Shown: one piece after another, positions 36,395-45,704 of the stretch
How positions within the stretch are numbered: position 1 is the first letter of the stretch
Layout: each line of letters begins with the position of its first letter
Assembly (NCBI GenBank): GCA_030583925.1
Contig: CP129482.1
Location: 3,634,001 to 3,698,000 of the forward strand
DNA length: 64,000 bases
From: Anaerolineales bacterium
Lineage (GTDB): Bacteria > Chloroflexota > Anaerolineae > Anaerolineales > Villigracilaceae
Direction of reading: 5' to 3'
Made by a program: the position numbers and the translations under genes
Notes under the pieces: model-generated
Databases searched by the model: none
What the model was told of the DNA's origin: nothing
The model's input: the letters and a program-made list of their open reading frames with translations, nothing else

Positions 36395-37714
36395 TTACAC
36401 CGCTTGCGCCTCAGACGGTATGGGCAGGGGAACGACAAATCCTTTCGCTCGAAATTTTTCGACATACTCACGCACGACCCAATAATCCAAACCGACCTGT
36501 TCGGCGATGTCGAAGATGGAATGTTCGCCCTCGAAGCGCATCATGATCTTTTCGATGGCGCGGTTGAGCGCCCAATTGTCGCGCCAATCCACCCAGAGAC
36601 CGTGTCCGCTGAGAAACACAGGACCACGGAACGTGCGCTTCGGAATGTAATTGCTGGCGTAGATGCGGACGATGTCTTCGGCAATCTGCGCCGCGCCGAC
36701 GAGCATATCTTCGTGGATGATGTCGAGATTGTCGTCGGTGGTGTGATACTCGTCGTAGGGAAAACGGTTGAGCGAAATGCACGGCACGTTGACGCCAGGT
36801 CCGTTGATGACGCGTTCATCGTTGGCGGGAGCGGAGGCGAAGTCACGTTCATCGTGTTCGATATTGTGTAATTGGTAATTGGTAATTCGGTCGAGGAGAT
36901 GATCGTGCTGTCGCGTATGATGCCATGCAATTTTGTTTTTATTACCCGTCATCTCCATAAAGATTCCGCCGCGTAGATTTGGAATCAGCGACTCGTTGTG
37001 CGCCAGCCAGGCGATCGTGCCGATCGTCTCGGGTCCAAACCAAAAGCGGACGCTCATCGCGCCAGCGGGAAGCGGATTCTCCGCCAGCCGCCGCGCCAAC
37101 TCGATGGCGCTGACCACGCCTGCCCCATCGTCGTTGGCTTGCATGGGGTGACAGGTATGCGCCTGCACAAGGAACTCGCCCGCTTCGGGATTCGCCCCAC
37201 CTTGCGGATGGACAACCGCCGTAGCGACTTTGAATCCCTGCCTGGGATCGGTGACGAACTCGGACCTGATCACCGCATGATATTTTTTGTCGCGTGGGAG
37301 TTTATCGAATGTGTTTTTCGGCAAACAGAAGCCCCAGTCACGTTCGTAATATTTGAAAATCCACGGCACAGTGTGCGGACGCTTCTCGTTGAAATACAAA
37401 TGCGGCTGGAGTTCGTCGAAGCTCAAGACCACGTCAACGGGCAACGAATACGAAACAATGTGAAGCGGATTATCTTTGAAATCCACAATTCGCTCGCCTT
37501 CTTCGGTTTCGAGATACGCCTCATGGACAACGTACCGCTCAGGCACTTTCCACGTCCAGACGGGAGTCAGCGGCGCGTAGGTTTCAATCGTGTAATTCGA
37601 CGAATCGGGCATGTACGAGCCGACGATCTCCAACGTTTTGTCGTGGTCGTCTGAGGCGAGGGTGCGGTGCAGAGGAAAAAATTCTGCGAGGATGGATTTG
37701 AGGGAGGGTCTCAT
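36395..37714 (-). CDS. DUF4910-domain protein (peptidase M28-like fold)
   Basis: TWKVPERY, NPLHIVSYS, YYERDWGFC, CHPMQANDDGAG, PETIG, YHTTDD. Confidence 0.8.
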   Translation of the reverse strand: MRPSLKSILAEFFPLHRTLASDDHDKTLEIVGSYMPDSSNYTIETYAPLTPVWTWKVPERYVVHEAYLETEEGERIVDFKDNPLHIVSYSLPVDVVLSFDELQPHLYFNEKRPHTVPWIFKYYERDWGFCLPKNTFDKLPRDKKYHAVIRSEFVTDPRQGFKVATAVVHPQGGANPEAGEFLVQAHTCHPMQANDDGAGVVSAIELARRLAENPLPAGAMSVRFWFGPETIGTIAWLAHNESLIPNLRGGIFMEMTGNKNKIAWHHTRQHDHLLDRITNYQLHNIEHDERDFASAPANDERVINGPGVNVPCISLNRFPYDEYHTTDDNLDIIHEDMLVGAAQIAEDIVRIYASNYIPKRTFRGPVFLSGHGLWVDWRDNWALNRAIEKIMMRFEGEHSIFDIAEQVGLDYWVVREYVEKFRAKGFVVPLPIPSEAQAV

Positions 37715-37725
37715 AAAATCATTTT

Positions 37726-37884
37726 GCCACGGATTTCACGAATTATCACGGAAGTTCTCTTTTGAACCACTGAGTCACGGAATCACCGAAAATAATTTAA
37801 AAACTCCGTGACTCAGTGTCTCCGTGGTAAAAGTTTTGAATCTCTCTAAAAATAAATCCGTGTAGATCTGTGTCAATCTGTGGC
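37726..37884. repeat. Nested 9-bp-periodic palindromic repeats
   Basis: Outer gccacggatttcacga...tccgtgtagatctgtgtcaatctgtggc; inner accactgagtcacgga...tccgtgactcagtgtctccgtggt at 37766-37828. Confidence 0.7.
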
Positions 37885-37901
37885 TGAATCTCTTTCTTCT
37901 T

Positions 37902-38657
37902 TCAATCTTTCTTCACATAATACAACAAAAACGGATCCCTCCTCATCTCCCGCGCCGTAAACGCATAGACCTCGTTCGCCTTCATCAACTTCACATCCGC
38001 TTCGCCGATTCTTGCAGACTTAATCACGCCCGCCTGCTCCATCAACGCGCCCATCGGGTCAACCTCTGTAACGACGCCCTTGTCAATGTCGCGCACCAAC
38101 ATCTCGAACGTATCGGTGTACGTGTTCCCGTTCTCATCCGTCACCTCGCCCGTGAACTGTTTCAAGAACCGATAATCCACGCCCTCCATTTGCTCGATGT
38201 GATGGAAGAACGTCATGCTGTTCGTATACGACAGCCCGATCACCATGATCTTCCCATCCAAATCGCGCAACTTCCCGAACACCGAGTTCCGTTCATACGC
38301 GCTCTTGTATCGCAGGCTTCCCAGCGCCTCGGCATGTTTCCCCAACACCGCAAACGAATAAAACGGATGAAATACCCGCTTCGCGCGCGGGTCGAGCCGC
38401 ACCAGTTCCGTCAACACACCCATCTTCGACGGCGTCGTCCGCACATCCCATGCCGCGCCCTTGTTGAAATCGAAATTGAACGTCGGCATGATCAGCGTCC
38501 CCTCCGCGCCAAGTGCTGCCTCCAACGCACGGATCACCGTCTGCGGACCGCCGTCCACCTCGCCCAACGATTTATACGAACTATGCAAAAGCAACGTATC
38601 CCCCTCCTCCACGCCCAACCCTCGAAAACCCTCGACAAGATTTTCAAACGTCAACAT
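37902..38657 (-). CDS. AAC(3)/YokD-family N-acyltransferase
   Basis: LLLHSSYKSLG, IMPTFN, TPSKMG, FHPFYSF, TFFHHIE. Confidence 0.85.
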   Translation of the reverse strand: MLTFENLVEGFRGLGVEEGDTLLLHSSYKSLGEVDGGPQTVIRALEAALGAEGTLIMPTFNFDFNKGAAWDVRTTPSKMGVLTELVRLDPRAKRVFHPFYSFAVLGKHAEALGSLRYKSAYERNSVFGKLRDLDGKIMVIGLSYTNSMTFFHHIEQMEGVDYRFLKQFTGEVTDENGNTYTDTFEMLVRDIDKGVVTEVDPMGALMEQAGVIKSARIGEADVKLMKANEVYAFTAREMRRDPFLLYYVKKD

Positions 38658-38821
38658 GATTCCTCCAGAATTCCAACTCTTCAACCTTTATCCACACTGA
38701 CGCACGCTTCATTCCCAATTCAACCTGCCTCGCTTCGACCAGCCTTTCTCTCCCCCCTCGCGCTGAGCGGAGGACGAAGTCCGCAGTCGAAGCGTCTCCG
38801 TGTTCTCTGTGCTCTCTGTGG

Positions 38822-39955
38822 CTAAATGCCTTTGACCTTCTCGTAAGCCTCAAGAAGTGTACCAAAATTCCTCCTCCAATCCGCCCTCGCCTCCGCCGTC
38901 TTGCGCGCCGATTCTCCAATCCTCTTAAATTCTCTCTTTCTTTTTATCGCGGACAGAATTTTCTCCGCCAAATCCTCCACATCTCCATCACGGAACAACC
39001 ACCCGTTGACTCCATCCTCGATCCATTCCCTGTTGCCCGCAATATCCGACACCAAACACGGAAGCCCACTCGCCATCGCCTCCATCAACGTCACAGACGA
39101 ACCGTCCACATGCGACGGCGAGATGTACACATCCGCCATGTGATACCAGCGCGGCAGGTCGCGTTGTCCCACCTGTCCCCCAAAATGGACTCGTTCCATC
39201 ACCCCGCCCTTCATCAATATCTGGCGGATCTGATTCCCCTGCGAACCGCCTCCCAGCAAAATCAGATTCACATGTGGATTTTCATTCGCCACCATCACGA
39301 ACGCCTTCGCCAACACATCCACCCCATAGATCGCCTCCCACGTGCGGCTACAAAACAAAGTCACTGACTTTCGACTTTCGATTTTCGATTGACGACTTCT
39401 GTCTCCTGCCTTCTGCTTTCCGCTTTTTGCGCCCTTCGGCTTAAAACTTCCCAAATCAATCCCCCACGGAAACACCACCGTCCGCTCAGAATCCATCCCA
39501 AACGCAACTGCTTTTTCCCGCGTCACATTGGCGTCACATGTAAAATACGCGCTCCTTTGTAACGTGTACCTCGTAACCCATCGCATCCACGCGCTCTTAT
39601 CCGCCTCCATCACCAAATCATATCCCCACGACATCGCCAGCAAATGACGGAATCCGCTCAACGCCACAAGGAAGGCGCAATTCTGAATCGGTCCCGCATG
39701 GATGATGTCAGGCTGAATCTCCTGAATCACTCTTCGCAGGCTGAATACCAACCTCGGCACATCCCGCCAACGAAATTCGTTCCGCCCGCCCGCCCACAAA
39801 ATCTGCCGAACCTCCGCAGGGACAGGACGATCCTCCGTCTGCCGTTGAGTCGACTCCAATTGCAAAAAGCAGATTTCATGCTTCGTCTTCGACAACGATG
39901 ACAGAAACCGATAATCGTGCGGGGTATAGTTTTTACTGAAATAGATAATTTTCAT
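38822..39955 (-). CDS. Glycosyltransferase family 4 (GT-B)
   Basis: DGSSVTLMEAMASGLP...SDIAGNRE; start placed at MKIIYF because the ORF-track extension is REP sequence. Confidence 0.88.
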   Translation of the reverse strand: MKIIYFSKNYTPHDYRFLSSLSKTKHEICFLQLESTQRQTEDRPVPAEVRQILWAGGRNEFRWRDVPRLVFSLRRVIQEIQPDIIHAGPIQNCAFLVALSGFRHLLAMSWGYDLVMEADKSAWMRWVTRYTLQRSAYFTCDANVTREKAVAFGMDSERTVVFPWGIDLGSFKPKGAKSGKQKAGDRSRQSKIESRKSVTLFCSRTWEAIYGVDVLAKAFVMVANENPHVNLILLGGGSQGNQIRQILMKGGVMERVHFGGQVGQRDLPRWYHMADVYISPSHVDGSSVTLMEAMASGLPCLVSDIAGNREWIEDGVNGWLFRDGDVEDLAEKILSAIKRKREFKRIGESARKTAEARADWRRNFGTLLEAYEKVKGI

Positions 39956-39966
39956 AGCGCCAGTTA

Positions 39967-40070
39967 TGTCGTTGCGAGACCCCGAAGGGGTCGAAGCAAT
40001 CTCCTCGATACAAGCAATCACCTGAAACGAGGAGATTGCTTCGGCAGAAGAACGCCGCCTCGCAATGACA
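39967..40070. repeat. REP doublet, copy 7
   Basis: tgtcgttgcgagaccc...gggtcgaagcaatctcc...ggagattgcttcg...ctcgcaatgaca; abuts a TGA stop. Confidence 0.9.
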
Positions 40071-41138
40071 TCACGCTCCCAAATCCGTCCATCTCAACTC
40101 TTGACCATATTTGAAATCATGCAACGCCTTCGTGCCGACGACATTCTGGATCTGGTCAGGTTTGATCGCTCCAGGCGTGGCGGGACGCAACACGTCAATC
40201 ATGTCGCGGTTAAAAATCTCGCCAGCCTTGATGTCACGCGCCGCCCGCAGACAGCGACGTTGCACAACTTGAGTCTCCTGCTCGTTACCAGCGATAAATT
40301 TATCCGCCGAGCCAAGCGAACGTTCCAGCAGGCGCGTCTCTTCGACCATGCGCGCCCATTTGGCGGGATCCATCGCAAACTTGTGGTCGGGACCCTCGCG
40401 GTCGTTGCTGTCGGTGAAGTGACGCTCGATGACGCGCGCGCCAAGCGTCACTGCGCCGAGAACGGGAGCGACCGCGTGCGTATGGTCGGAGAGTCCCAGA
40501 ATCACATCAGGGAACATCGTCGCGTAGGTTTTGAGTACATTCAAATGCAAGTGGTCGTAGTTGTCGGGCGAGGCGGTGTAATTCGTGTTGCATTGCATCA
40601 ATACAAGTTGCTTGTTGATTTTCAAAATCGCATGGACAGCCTTCTGCACCTCGCCGATCGTGGACGCGCCTGTCGCGATAAAGAACGGCTTGCCCTTGCT
40701 TGCCATGCGCTCCAGCGCTTCGATCCAATCAATCTCGCCAGAGCCAGCCTTGTAGACAGGCACGTATTGGTCAAGGAAATCAATCGCGGCGAAATCATAC
40801 GGCGACGAGAAATAATCAATGCCCGCTTCCTGACATTCCTCCATCAACGTCATCGTCCACTCGAAGGGAATCGACGCGGCGCGGTAGACCTCGGTCACGG
40901 ATTTCTTCCACGATGCCTGATGGCTGACCTGCGCGTTCATGTGCGAGAAACCGTAATCCGACACGATCTTCGGCGCGTCGAAATTCTGGAATTTGGCGGC
41001 GTCCGCCCCCGCTTCCTTCGCCAAACGGATGAGCAGTTTCGCTCGTTGCAGATCGCCATCATGGTTGGCGGCAATGTCGGCGATAAAGTACGTCGGGTGG
41101 TTCAAACCGATCGTGCGATTTCCGAATTTGATTTCCAT
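40071..41138 (-). CDS. Nonulosonic acid synthase (NeuB/PseI family) with SAF domain
   Basis: IAANHDGD...AKFQ, GLSDHT, IERHFT...GPDH, C-terminal RAARDIKAGE...VLRP. Confidence 0.92.
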   Translation of the reverse strand: MEIKFGNRTIGLNHPTYFIADIAANHDGDLQRAKLLIRLAKEAGADAAKFQNFDAPKIVSDYGFSHMNAQVSHQASWKKSVTEVYRAASIPFEWTMTLMEECQEAGIDYFSSPYDFAAIDFLDQYVPVYKAGSGEIDWIEALERMASKGKPFFIATGASTIGEVQKAVHAILKINKQLVLMQCNTNYTASPDNYDHLHLNVLKTYATMFPDVILGLSDHTHAVAPVLGAVTLGARVIERHFTDSNDREGPDHKFAMDPAKWARMVEETRLLERSLGSADKFIAGNEQETQVVQRRCLRAARDIKAGEIFNRDMIDVLRPATPGAIKPDQIQNVVGTKALHDFKYGQELRWTDLGA

Positions 41139-41199
41139 GTTGTCCTCCGATGTATTTGACTCTATTTTATCTCACTGCTTTTCGGCTTATAATCTACGC

Positions 41200-41547
41200 A
41201 TGTCCATCCACATTCTCACAAGCAAGGCAACGCCGTTACAAGTGCGAGAAATGTTGGAGGCATTTTCTGAAATTCGTATGATCAAGATCGTCGTCGATAT
41301 CGAGCGTGAAATCGTCGCTGGCGGAAGCGGAATGCACTATGAATGCGAGCAACTCCTGCTTGAAGATGGAAGTCAACAGGATAACCTGTGGGGCGCAAAC
41401 TGGTTCCCAGATGAGCAAGAGATTGAATTCGAATCGTTGATAAACATCCGTCCACATCAAAATCGGAGCATTATTATTCAAGACGAGAACATTTGCAAAG
41501 AAGTCGAGCGGGTGACTCGCAAAGTTCTTGAAGGAGTAAAGCCATGA
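41200..41547 (+). CDS. DUF5674-like protein
   Basis: IKIVVDIEREIVAGG..MHYECEQLLLEDGSQQDNLWGANW...IEFESLINIRP; start placed at MSIHI. Confidence 0.75.
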   Translation: MSIHILTSKATPLQVREMLEAFSEIRMIKIVVDIEREIVAGGSGMHYECEQLLLEDGSQQDNLWGANWFPDEQEIEFESLINIRPHQNRSIIIQDENICKEVERVTRKVLEGVKP

Positions 41548-41888
41548 CACTGCTTGCCGAATCCTTTACCAAAGAAACTCCCGCACGACAAATGGGAGCG
41601 CTTGCCTCTACGCTGGGACGCATCGCCTCCTCTGCCGAGAAGACCGCCCGTGTCAATGCGATCATCCCAATGCTGGATGAGTGCCTGCGATTCATCGAAT
41701 GGACCGCCTCCCACCAAACCCCAGCCGCCAGCAAAGAGTTACAAGACATCAGCGCTATGCTGAAATTGTGGCGTGACGCCTGGGAGCATGCTCAGACAGA
41801 TGAACGCTTGCGAAGACTCTTATCGGTGCAGGCAAGGAAATGGTCCGATCTGGCATTGGAATATTCGGGGTTGTTAATCCAGACCTGA
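41544..41888 (+). CDS. Hypothetical helical protein coupled to the DUF5674-like gene
   Basis: ATGA overlap with the upstream gene; MGALASTLGRI...FIEWTA...WSDLALEYSGLL. Confidence 0.7.
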   Translation: MTLLAESFTKETPARQMGALASTLGRIASSAEKTARVNAIIPMLDECLRFIEWTASHQTPAASKELQDISAMLKLWRDAWEHAQTDERLRRLLSVQARKWSDLALEYSGLLIQT

Positions 41889-41931
41889 CGGGCGATGTGA
41901 AACCCAGGGGCTTCTCCTTTGAAGCAAAGGA

Positions 41932-42654
41932 TTAATGCCCATCCAAAATCTTTTTGGCGTCTACAGGGTTACCAACTGACAACACATCAATATCATACTC
42001 TCGGAATATATTGCTATTTTGATCCCAATATTCGATCAAAGCCATCGCCACTCCCACCGAATGGATTTGTTCGATATCCATGGGATGGAGCATTCCATAT
42101 GAGAGACTAACACAATCTGCTTTAATTTTTTGTAGATATTCAGCAATGTTTAAGAGCCTTCCCGTTAGCAAAGCACGGACGGTTAAATCAGGGTGAGCGA
42201 GTTTTGTGTGGAACAACTCTTCGTGGTCGAAGTACAACAAGAGCACATTATCTTTCGTGTTCGTCCGCCCCAGCAAACGAATGACTTCTTTTGCCAAGAT
42301 ACCTTCTGGCTTGAAAAAAGTTTTCATATCCAGAGATAAATGCACGCCCGTATCCCGCGCCCAGACAAGAACGTCTTCCAATAATGGCAAAGGCTCGCTG
42401 TTAATCTTGAGCTCCTTCAACTCATCCCAAGTTAGATCATGACACCAGCGCCCATCAGGAAGTTGGTAATTATGGCGAAGAAATGCAACACTATCCCGAC
42501 TCAGTTGCACATCTATTTCAATTAAGTCTGCGCCCAATCGCTGACCAAGCCGAATCGCTGTCCACGAATTTTCGGGCACATCGCCATTTTCCACGCCACG
42601 ATGCGACTCGATGAGCGTGCGTCTCGTTTTGGATTTGAGAAGTTCAAGAGGCAT
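41932..42654 (-). CDS. Glycerophosphodiester phosphodiesterase family protein
   Basis: SHRG...PENS...IEIDVQLSRD motif. Confidence 0.85.
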   Translation of the reverse strand: MPLELLKSKTRRTLIESHRGVENGDVPENSWTAIRLGQRLGADLIEIDVQLSRDSVAFLRHNYQLPDGRWCHDLTWDELKELKINSEPLPLLEDVLVWARDTGVHLSLDMKTFFKPEGILAKEVIRLLGRTNTKDNVLLLYFDHEELFHTKLAHPDLTVRALLTGRLLNIAEYLQKIKADCVSLSYGMLHPMDIEQIHSVGVAMALIEYWDQNSNIFREYDIDVLSVGNPVDAKKILDGH

Positions 42655-43006
42655 TCTGATCTCCAATCCTCCCCAAATGCGTATTCTGGAACGCGTCCTC
42701 GTGTTTCAAGCCGTAGCCGAAGACACGATCAAGGCTGGAGTGACCGAGGAGGACTGTCCCTGCGAACATGAGCGGCGGGGCGGAGAGGAGCGCGCCCAAC
42801 GCGTAAAGGGCGACAGAAACTCCCTTATGGTGAATCAGGTTATACGTCCACGCGCCGAAGCGGGGGTTTGCCAAATAGCCGATCATGCTCAGATCGGGCG
42901 CAAAAAACCACAGGGCGTACCATCCCCACCCGTAGTCCAATCCAGAAAAAAGAAAAAGGGCGAGACCGAACAAAAACAATTCTTCGAGTTTGAGCAGGTT
43001 TTTCAT
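42644..43006 (-). CDS. DUF4260-family membrane protein
   Basis: FFAPDLSMIGY...YNLIHH...HSSLDRVFGYGLK...THLG. Confidence 0.8.
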   Translation of the reverse strand: MKNLLKLEELFLFGLALFLFSGLDYGWGWYALWFFAPDLSMIGYLANPRFGAWTYNLIHHKGVSVALYALGALLSAPPLMFAGTVLLGHSSLDRVFGYGLKHEDAFQNTHLGRIGDQNAS

Positions 43007-43064
43007 GCGGCTCCTAAAGTGCGTCGCACCAGATGGTTGAGCGAATCACATCCATCGGCAGACT

Positions 43065-44030
43065 CTACTGGGCGAATTTGTCGCCGTCGGCAGAGTGCGA
43101 CGCACCCTCGCCTGGCTGTTGATAACCCCTGATTTTCTGTGGATAACCCTGCTGGAACTGCGTATAAAACCCGTCTAAGCCTGTGGAGAACGGGGGGAGT
43201 TCGTGCCCCAGCGCGGTGGATAACTTGTGGACAGACAGCCATAAATTGTGGGAACGTTTGGCGGTCAAGCCCGACCTTTCGACTGACTGCGGCTCGATGA
43301 GGCTTTCTTTCAGCCCGAACTTTCTTGCCACCTCCACCCCGAACTGATACTTGTTCATCGCCTGCGCGCCGACGACGTGATACAAACCATGCAAATCTTT
43401 CTTGAGCATTTCGATCAGGATGCGGCTGAGATGGTTGACCCACATCGGGCAGAAGACGACATCGGTGAAGCCGTTGACATTTTTGCCCGCGCTCAAGTTG
43501 TTGACAAAGAATTCGCCGAGACTCCTCCGCCCACCCAGCGACCAACCGTAGAAGTTGACGCGCGCCACGATCGCCTGCGGATTGGCGGACAGAACCGCCC
43601 GTTCTCCCTCCAATTTGGTCTGGGCATAGGCACCCAGCGGATTCGCCTCGTCAGCCTCGGTGTATGCGCCCTCTTTTGTGCCGTCGAATACCGCGTCGGT
43701 GGAGAAGTGAATGAACTTGACGCTTCGCCTCGCACACTCATTCGCCATCTCGGCTGGAACTTCGGCGTTCAGAATTCTCGCCTCGTCGGGACGCTCCTCG
43801 CACTCTTCCAGATTCGCAAATGCGGCGCAATTGATCAGCCAATCGGGTCTGGTTGAATCGAGGATGGATGCGACACTGCCCGCCCTGAGCAAATTCGCAT
43901 GAAGCACCCGAAACGGTGCGGACTTCAATTTGTCCCTGTCCACGCCAATGACATCATGCTCGCGCTTGGTTTCAAGAGCGAGGTTGATTCCGAGCAGTCC
44001 GCTTGCGCCAGTGATTAATATTCGAGCCAT
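43065..44030 (-). CDS. RmlD-like NDP-4-keto-6-deoxyhexose reductase (SDR)
   Basis: ITGASGLLG, INCAA, HFSTDAVFDG, YAQTK (YxxxK). Confidence 0.85.
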   Translation of the reverse strand: MARILITGASGLLGINLALETKREHDVIGVDRDKLKSAPFRVLHANLLRAGSVASILDSTRPDWLINCAAFANLEECEERPDEARILNAEVPAEMANECARRSVKFIHFSTDAVFDGTKEGAYTEADEANPLGAYAQTKLEGERAVLSANPQAIVARVNFYGWSLGGRRSLGEFFVNNLSAGKNVNGFTDVVFCPMWVNHLSRILIEMLKKDLHGLYHVVGAQAMNKYQFGVEVARKFGLKESLIEPQSVERSGLTAKRSHNLWLSVHKLSTALGHELPPFSTGLDGFYTQFQQGYPQKIRGYQQPGEGASHSADGDKFAQ

Positions 44031-44033
44031 GGG

Positions 44034-44082
44034 TTAAGTTCCAAGTTTCAAGTTCAATGTTTCAAGTTCGAGGTTTCACGTT
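44034..44082. repeat. Heptamer array (7 units, consensus TCAAGTT)
   Basis: ttaagtt ccaagtt tcaagtt caatgtt tcaagtt cgaggtt tcacgtt. Confidence 0.85.
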
Positions 44083-44084
44083 GG

Positions 44085-44483
44085 CTATGAAGCAGGCGAA
44101 GGCTTGTTTGGACGGTGGGGATTCTTCAGGATGCCTTTCTTCAGTCCGCCGATGATCGCTTGTGTCTTTTTAGCTTGGTCATAATGGGCTTTGAAAGATT
44201 CATCATTTATGTAACGAACGTCCAAAGCAACGTAAAGAAGGGATTGAACTTCCACAGCAGAACGACGCGCCATTCCCAAAAACCGTGCAAACTCCGCAGT
44301 AGATTCGTTGTCGAATCCTTCTGCAATATTGGTCATGGCAGAAACAGCGGCTCGTTGAACTTGATCCTTCATTCCAAAGTCTTTTGAAAACGCTCCCTCA
44401 GCCGTTATTTTGTAAATCATCTTCACCAACTTGCGAGCCTCCTGCCATGCGATCAAATCTTCAAATTTCGTTATAGCACCCAT
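44085..44483 (-). CDS. Four-helix-bundle protein (23S rRNA IVS/bAvd-like family)
   Basis: FEDLIAWQEA...DQVQRAAVSAMTNIAEG...ARRSAVEVQSLL. Confidence 0.92.
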   Translation of the reverse strand: MGAITKFEDLIAWQEARKLVKMIYKITAEGAFSKDFGMKDQVQRAAVSAMTNIAEGFDNESTAEFARFLGMARRSAVEVQSLLYVALDVRYINDESFKAHYDQAKKTQAIIGGLKKGILKNPHRPNKPSPAS

Positions 44484-44502
44484 TTTTCGCTCCTTCGGAA
44501 TG

Positions 44503-44534
44503 AACTTGAGACTTGAAACGTCGAACGTGAAACT
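44503..44534. repeat. Heptamer array, inverted relative to 44034-44082
   Basis: aacttga gacttga aacgtcg aacgtga; reverse complements are tcaagtt, tcaagtc, cgacgtt, tcacgtt. Confidence 0.8.
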
Positions 44535-44536
44535 CT

Positions 44537-45547
44537 CTATCCTTCGAGTTTGCCTTGCTTGAACAACTCCTCAAATGGCGCGACGAATTTTTTGATGCCG
44601 TCAATATCCAGCCATTCGGAATTGTTATCGCTCGTGTATGTGAAACCTTCGGGGAGCGGCTTACCTTTGTCCTTCCACGAGTAGCCGAACCACGAAGCCT
44701 CGGCGGGTTGGATGACATACATCCCGTCGAGTTCGACCGTGTGGCGGGCTTCGTCGTCCGAGATCAAATCTTCGTGGAGTTTTTCGCCAGGACGGATGCC
44801 TATGATGTCAATCTTTGCATTCGGCACGATGGCTTTGGCGAGGTCAACGACTTTCGTGCTGGGAATCTTCGGCACGAACACTTCGCCGCCTTCCATCTGT
44901 TCGATGCACTCGATCACAAATTTGACTCCCTGGTCCAGCGACAGCCAGAAGCGCGTCATGCGTTCGTCCGTGATGGTGACTGCACCGCTCTCCCGTTGTT
45001 TAAGGAACAACGGCACAACCGAGCCGCGCGAGCCGACGACATTCCCGTATCGGACGCACGAGTAGCGGGTCGCTGAGCCTGCGGCATAGGCGTTACTTTG
45101 CACGGTCAGTTTTTCGGCGGCTAGTTTTGTCGCGCCGTATAAATTCGCAGGGCTGACGGCTTTATCGGTGCTGATGGTCATCACCTTTTTCACGCCCGCA
45201 TCCAGCGCGGCTTCGACCACGTTCGCCGTGCCCATGATGTTGGTCTTGATGGCTTCCATCGGGTTGTACTCGCAGGCTGGCACCTGCTTCAACGCCGCCG
45301 CATGGACAACGATATCCACCCCGTGCATGGCACGGACGAGCCGCTCACGGTCGCGGATGTCGCCGATGAAATAGCGCAGTGACGGATGGTTGAATCCCTG
45401 CACCTGCATTTCGTGCTGTTTCAACTCGTCGCGGCTGAAGATGATGATCTTCTTCGGCTGTTTCTCGTCCAGCAACGTCTGCGTGAACTTCTTGCCGAAC
45501 GACCCCGTCCCGCCTGTGATGAGGATGACTTGATTTTTCCAGTCCAT
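44537..45547 (-). CDS. pseB: UDP-GlcNAc 4,6-dehydratase (inverting)
   Basis: ITGGTGSFG, FSRDELKQ, HAAALKQVPACEYNP, STDKA, YGATKL, RYGNVVGSRGS; start placed at MDWKN. Confidence 0.92.
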   Translation of the reverse strand: MDWKNQVILITGGTGSFGKKFTQTLLDEKQPKKIIIFSRDELKQHEMQVQGFNHPSLRYFIGDIRDRERLVRAMHGVDIVVHAAALKQVPACEYNPMEAIKTNIMGTANVVEAALDAGVKKVMTISTDKAVSPANLYGATKLAAEKLTVQSNAYAAGSATRYSCVRYGNVVGSRGSVVPLFLKQRESGAVTITDERMTRFWLSLDQGVKFVIECIEQMEGGEVFVPKIPSTKVVDLAKAIVPNAKIDIIGIRPGEKLHEDLISDDEARHTVELDGMYVIQPAEASWFGYSWKDKGKPLPEGFTYTSDNNSEWLDIDGIKKFVAPFEELFKQGKLEG

Positions 45548-45564
45548 AAAAACTCCTAATTTCA

Positions 45565-45700
45565 TGTCGTTGCGAGGGCGCTCGTCCTGAGCGGAGCCCG
45601 AAGGGCGCAGACGAAGGAGCGCCCGAAGCAATCTCCTGTTATCAGGCAAATGCTTGTTGCGAGGAGATTGCTTCGCCGCCTTCGGCGTCTCGCAACGACA
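45565..45700. repeat. REP doublet, copy 8, with an extra palindrome in its loop
   Basis: tgtcgttgcgagggcgctc[gtcctgagcggag...gacgaag]gagcgcccgaagcaatctcc...ctcgcaacgaca. Confidence 0.85.
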
Positions 45701-45704
45701 TTAT

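Noticed and set aside
37902-38657. Aminoglycoside resistance gene
   Set aside because: Family-level similarity only; embedded in a sugar-biosynthesis operon with no resistance or mobile context.
41156-41193. TTGACT/TATAAT as a canonical sigma70 promoter pair
   Set aside because: The 26-nt spacing is too long; only the -10 element is retained as evidence.
44085-44483. Diversity-generating retroelement (Avd-like gene)
   Set aside because: No reverse transcriptase and no TR/VR pair differing at adenines was seen in the window.
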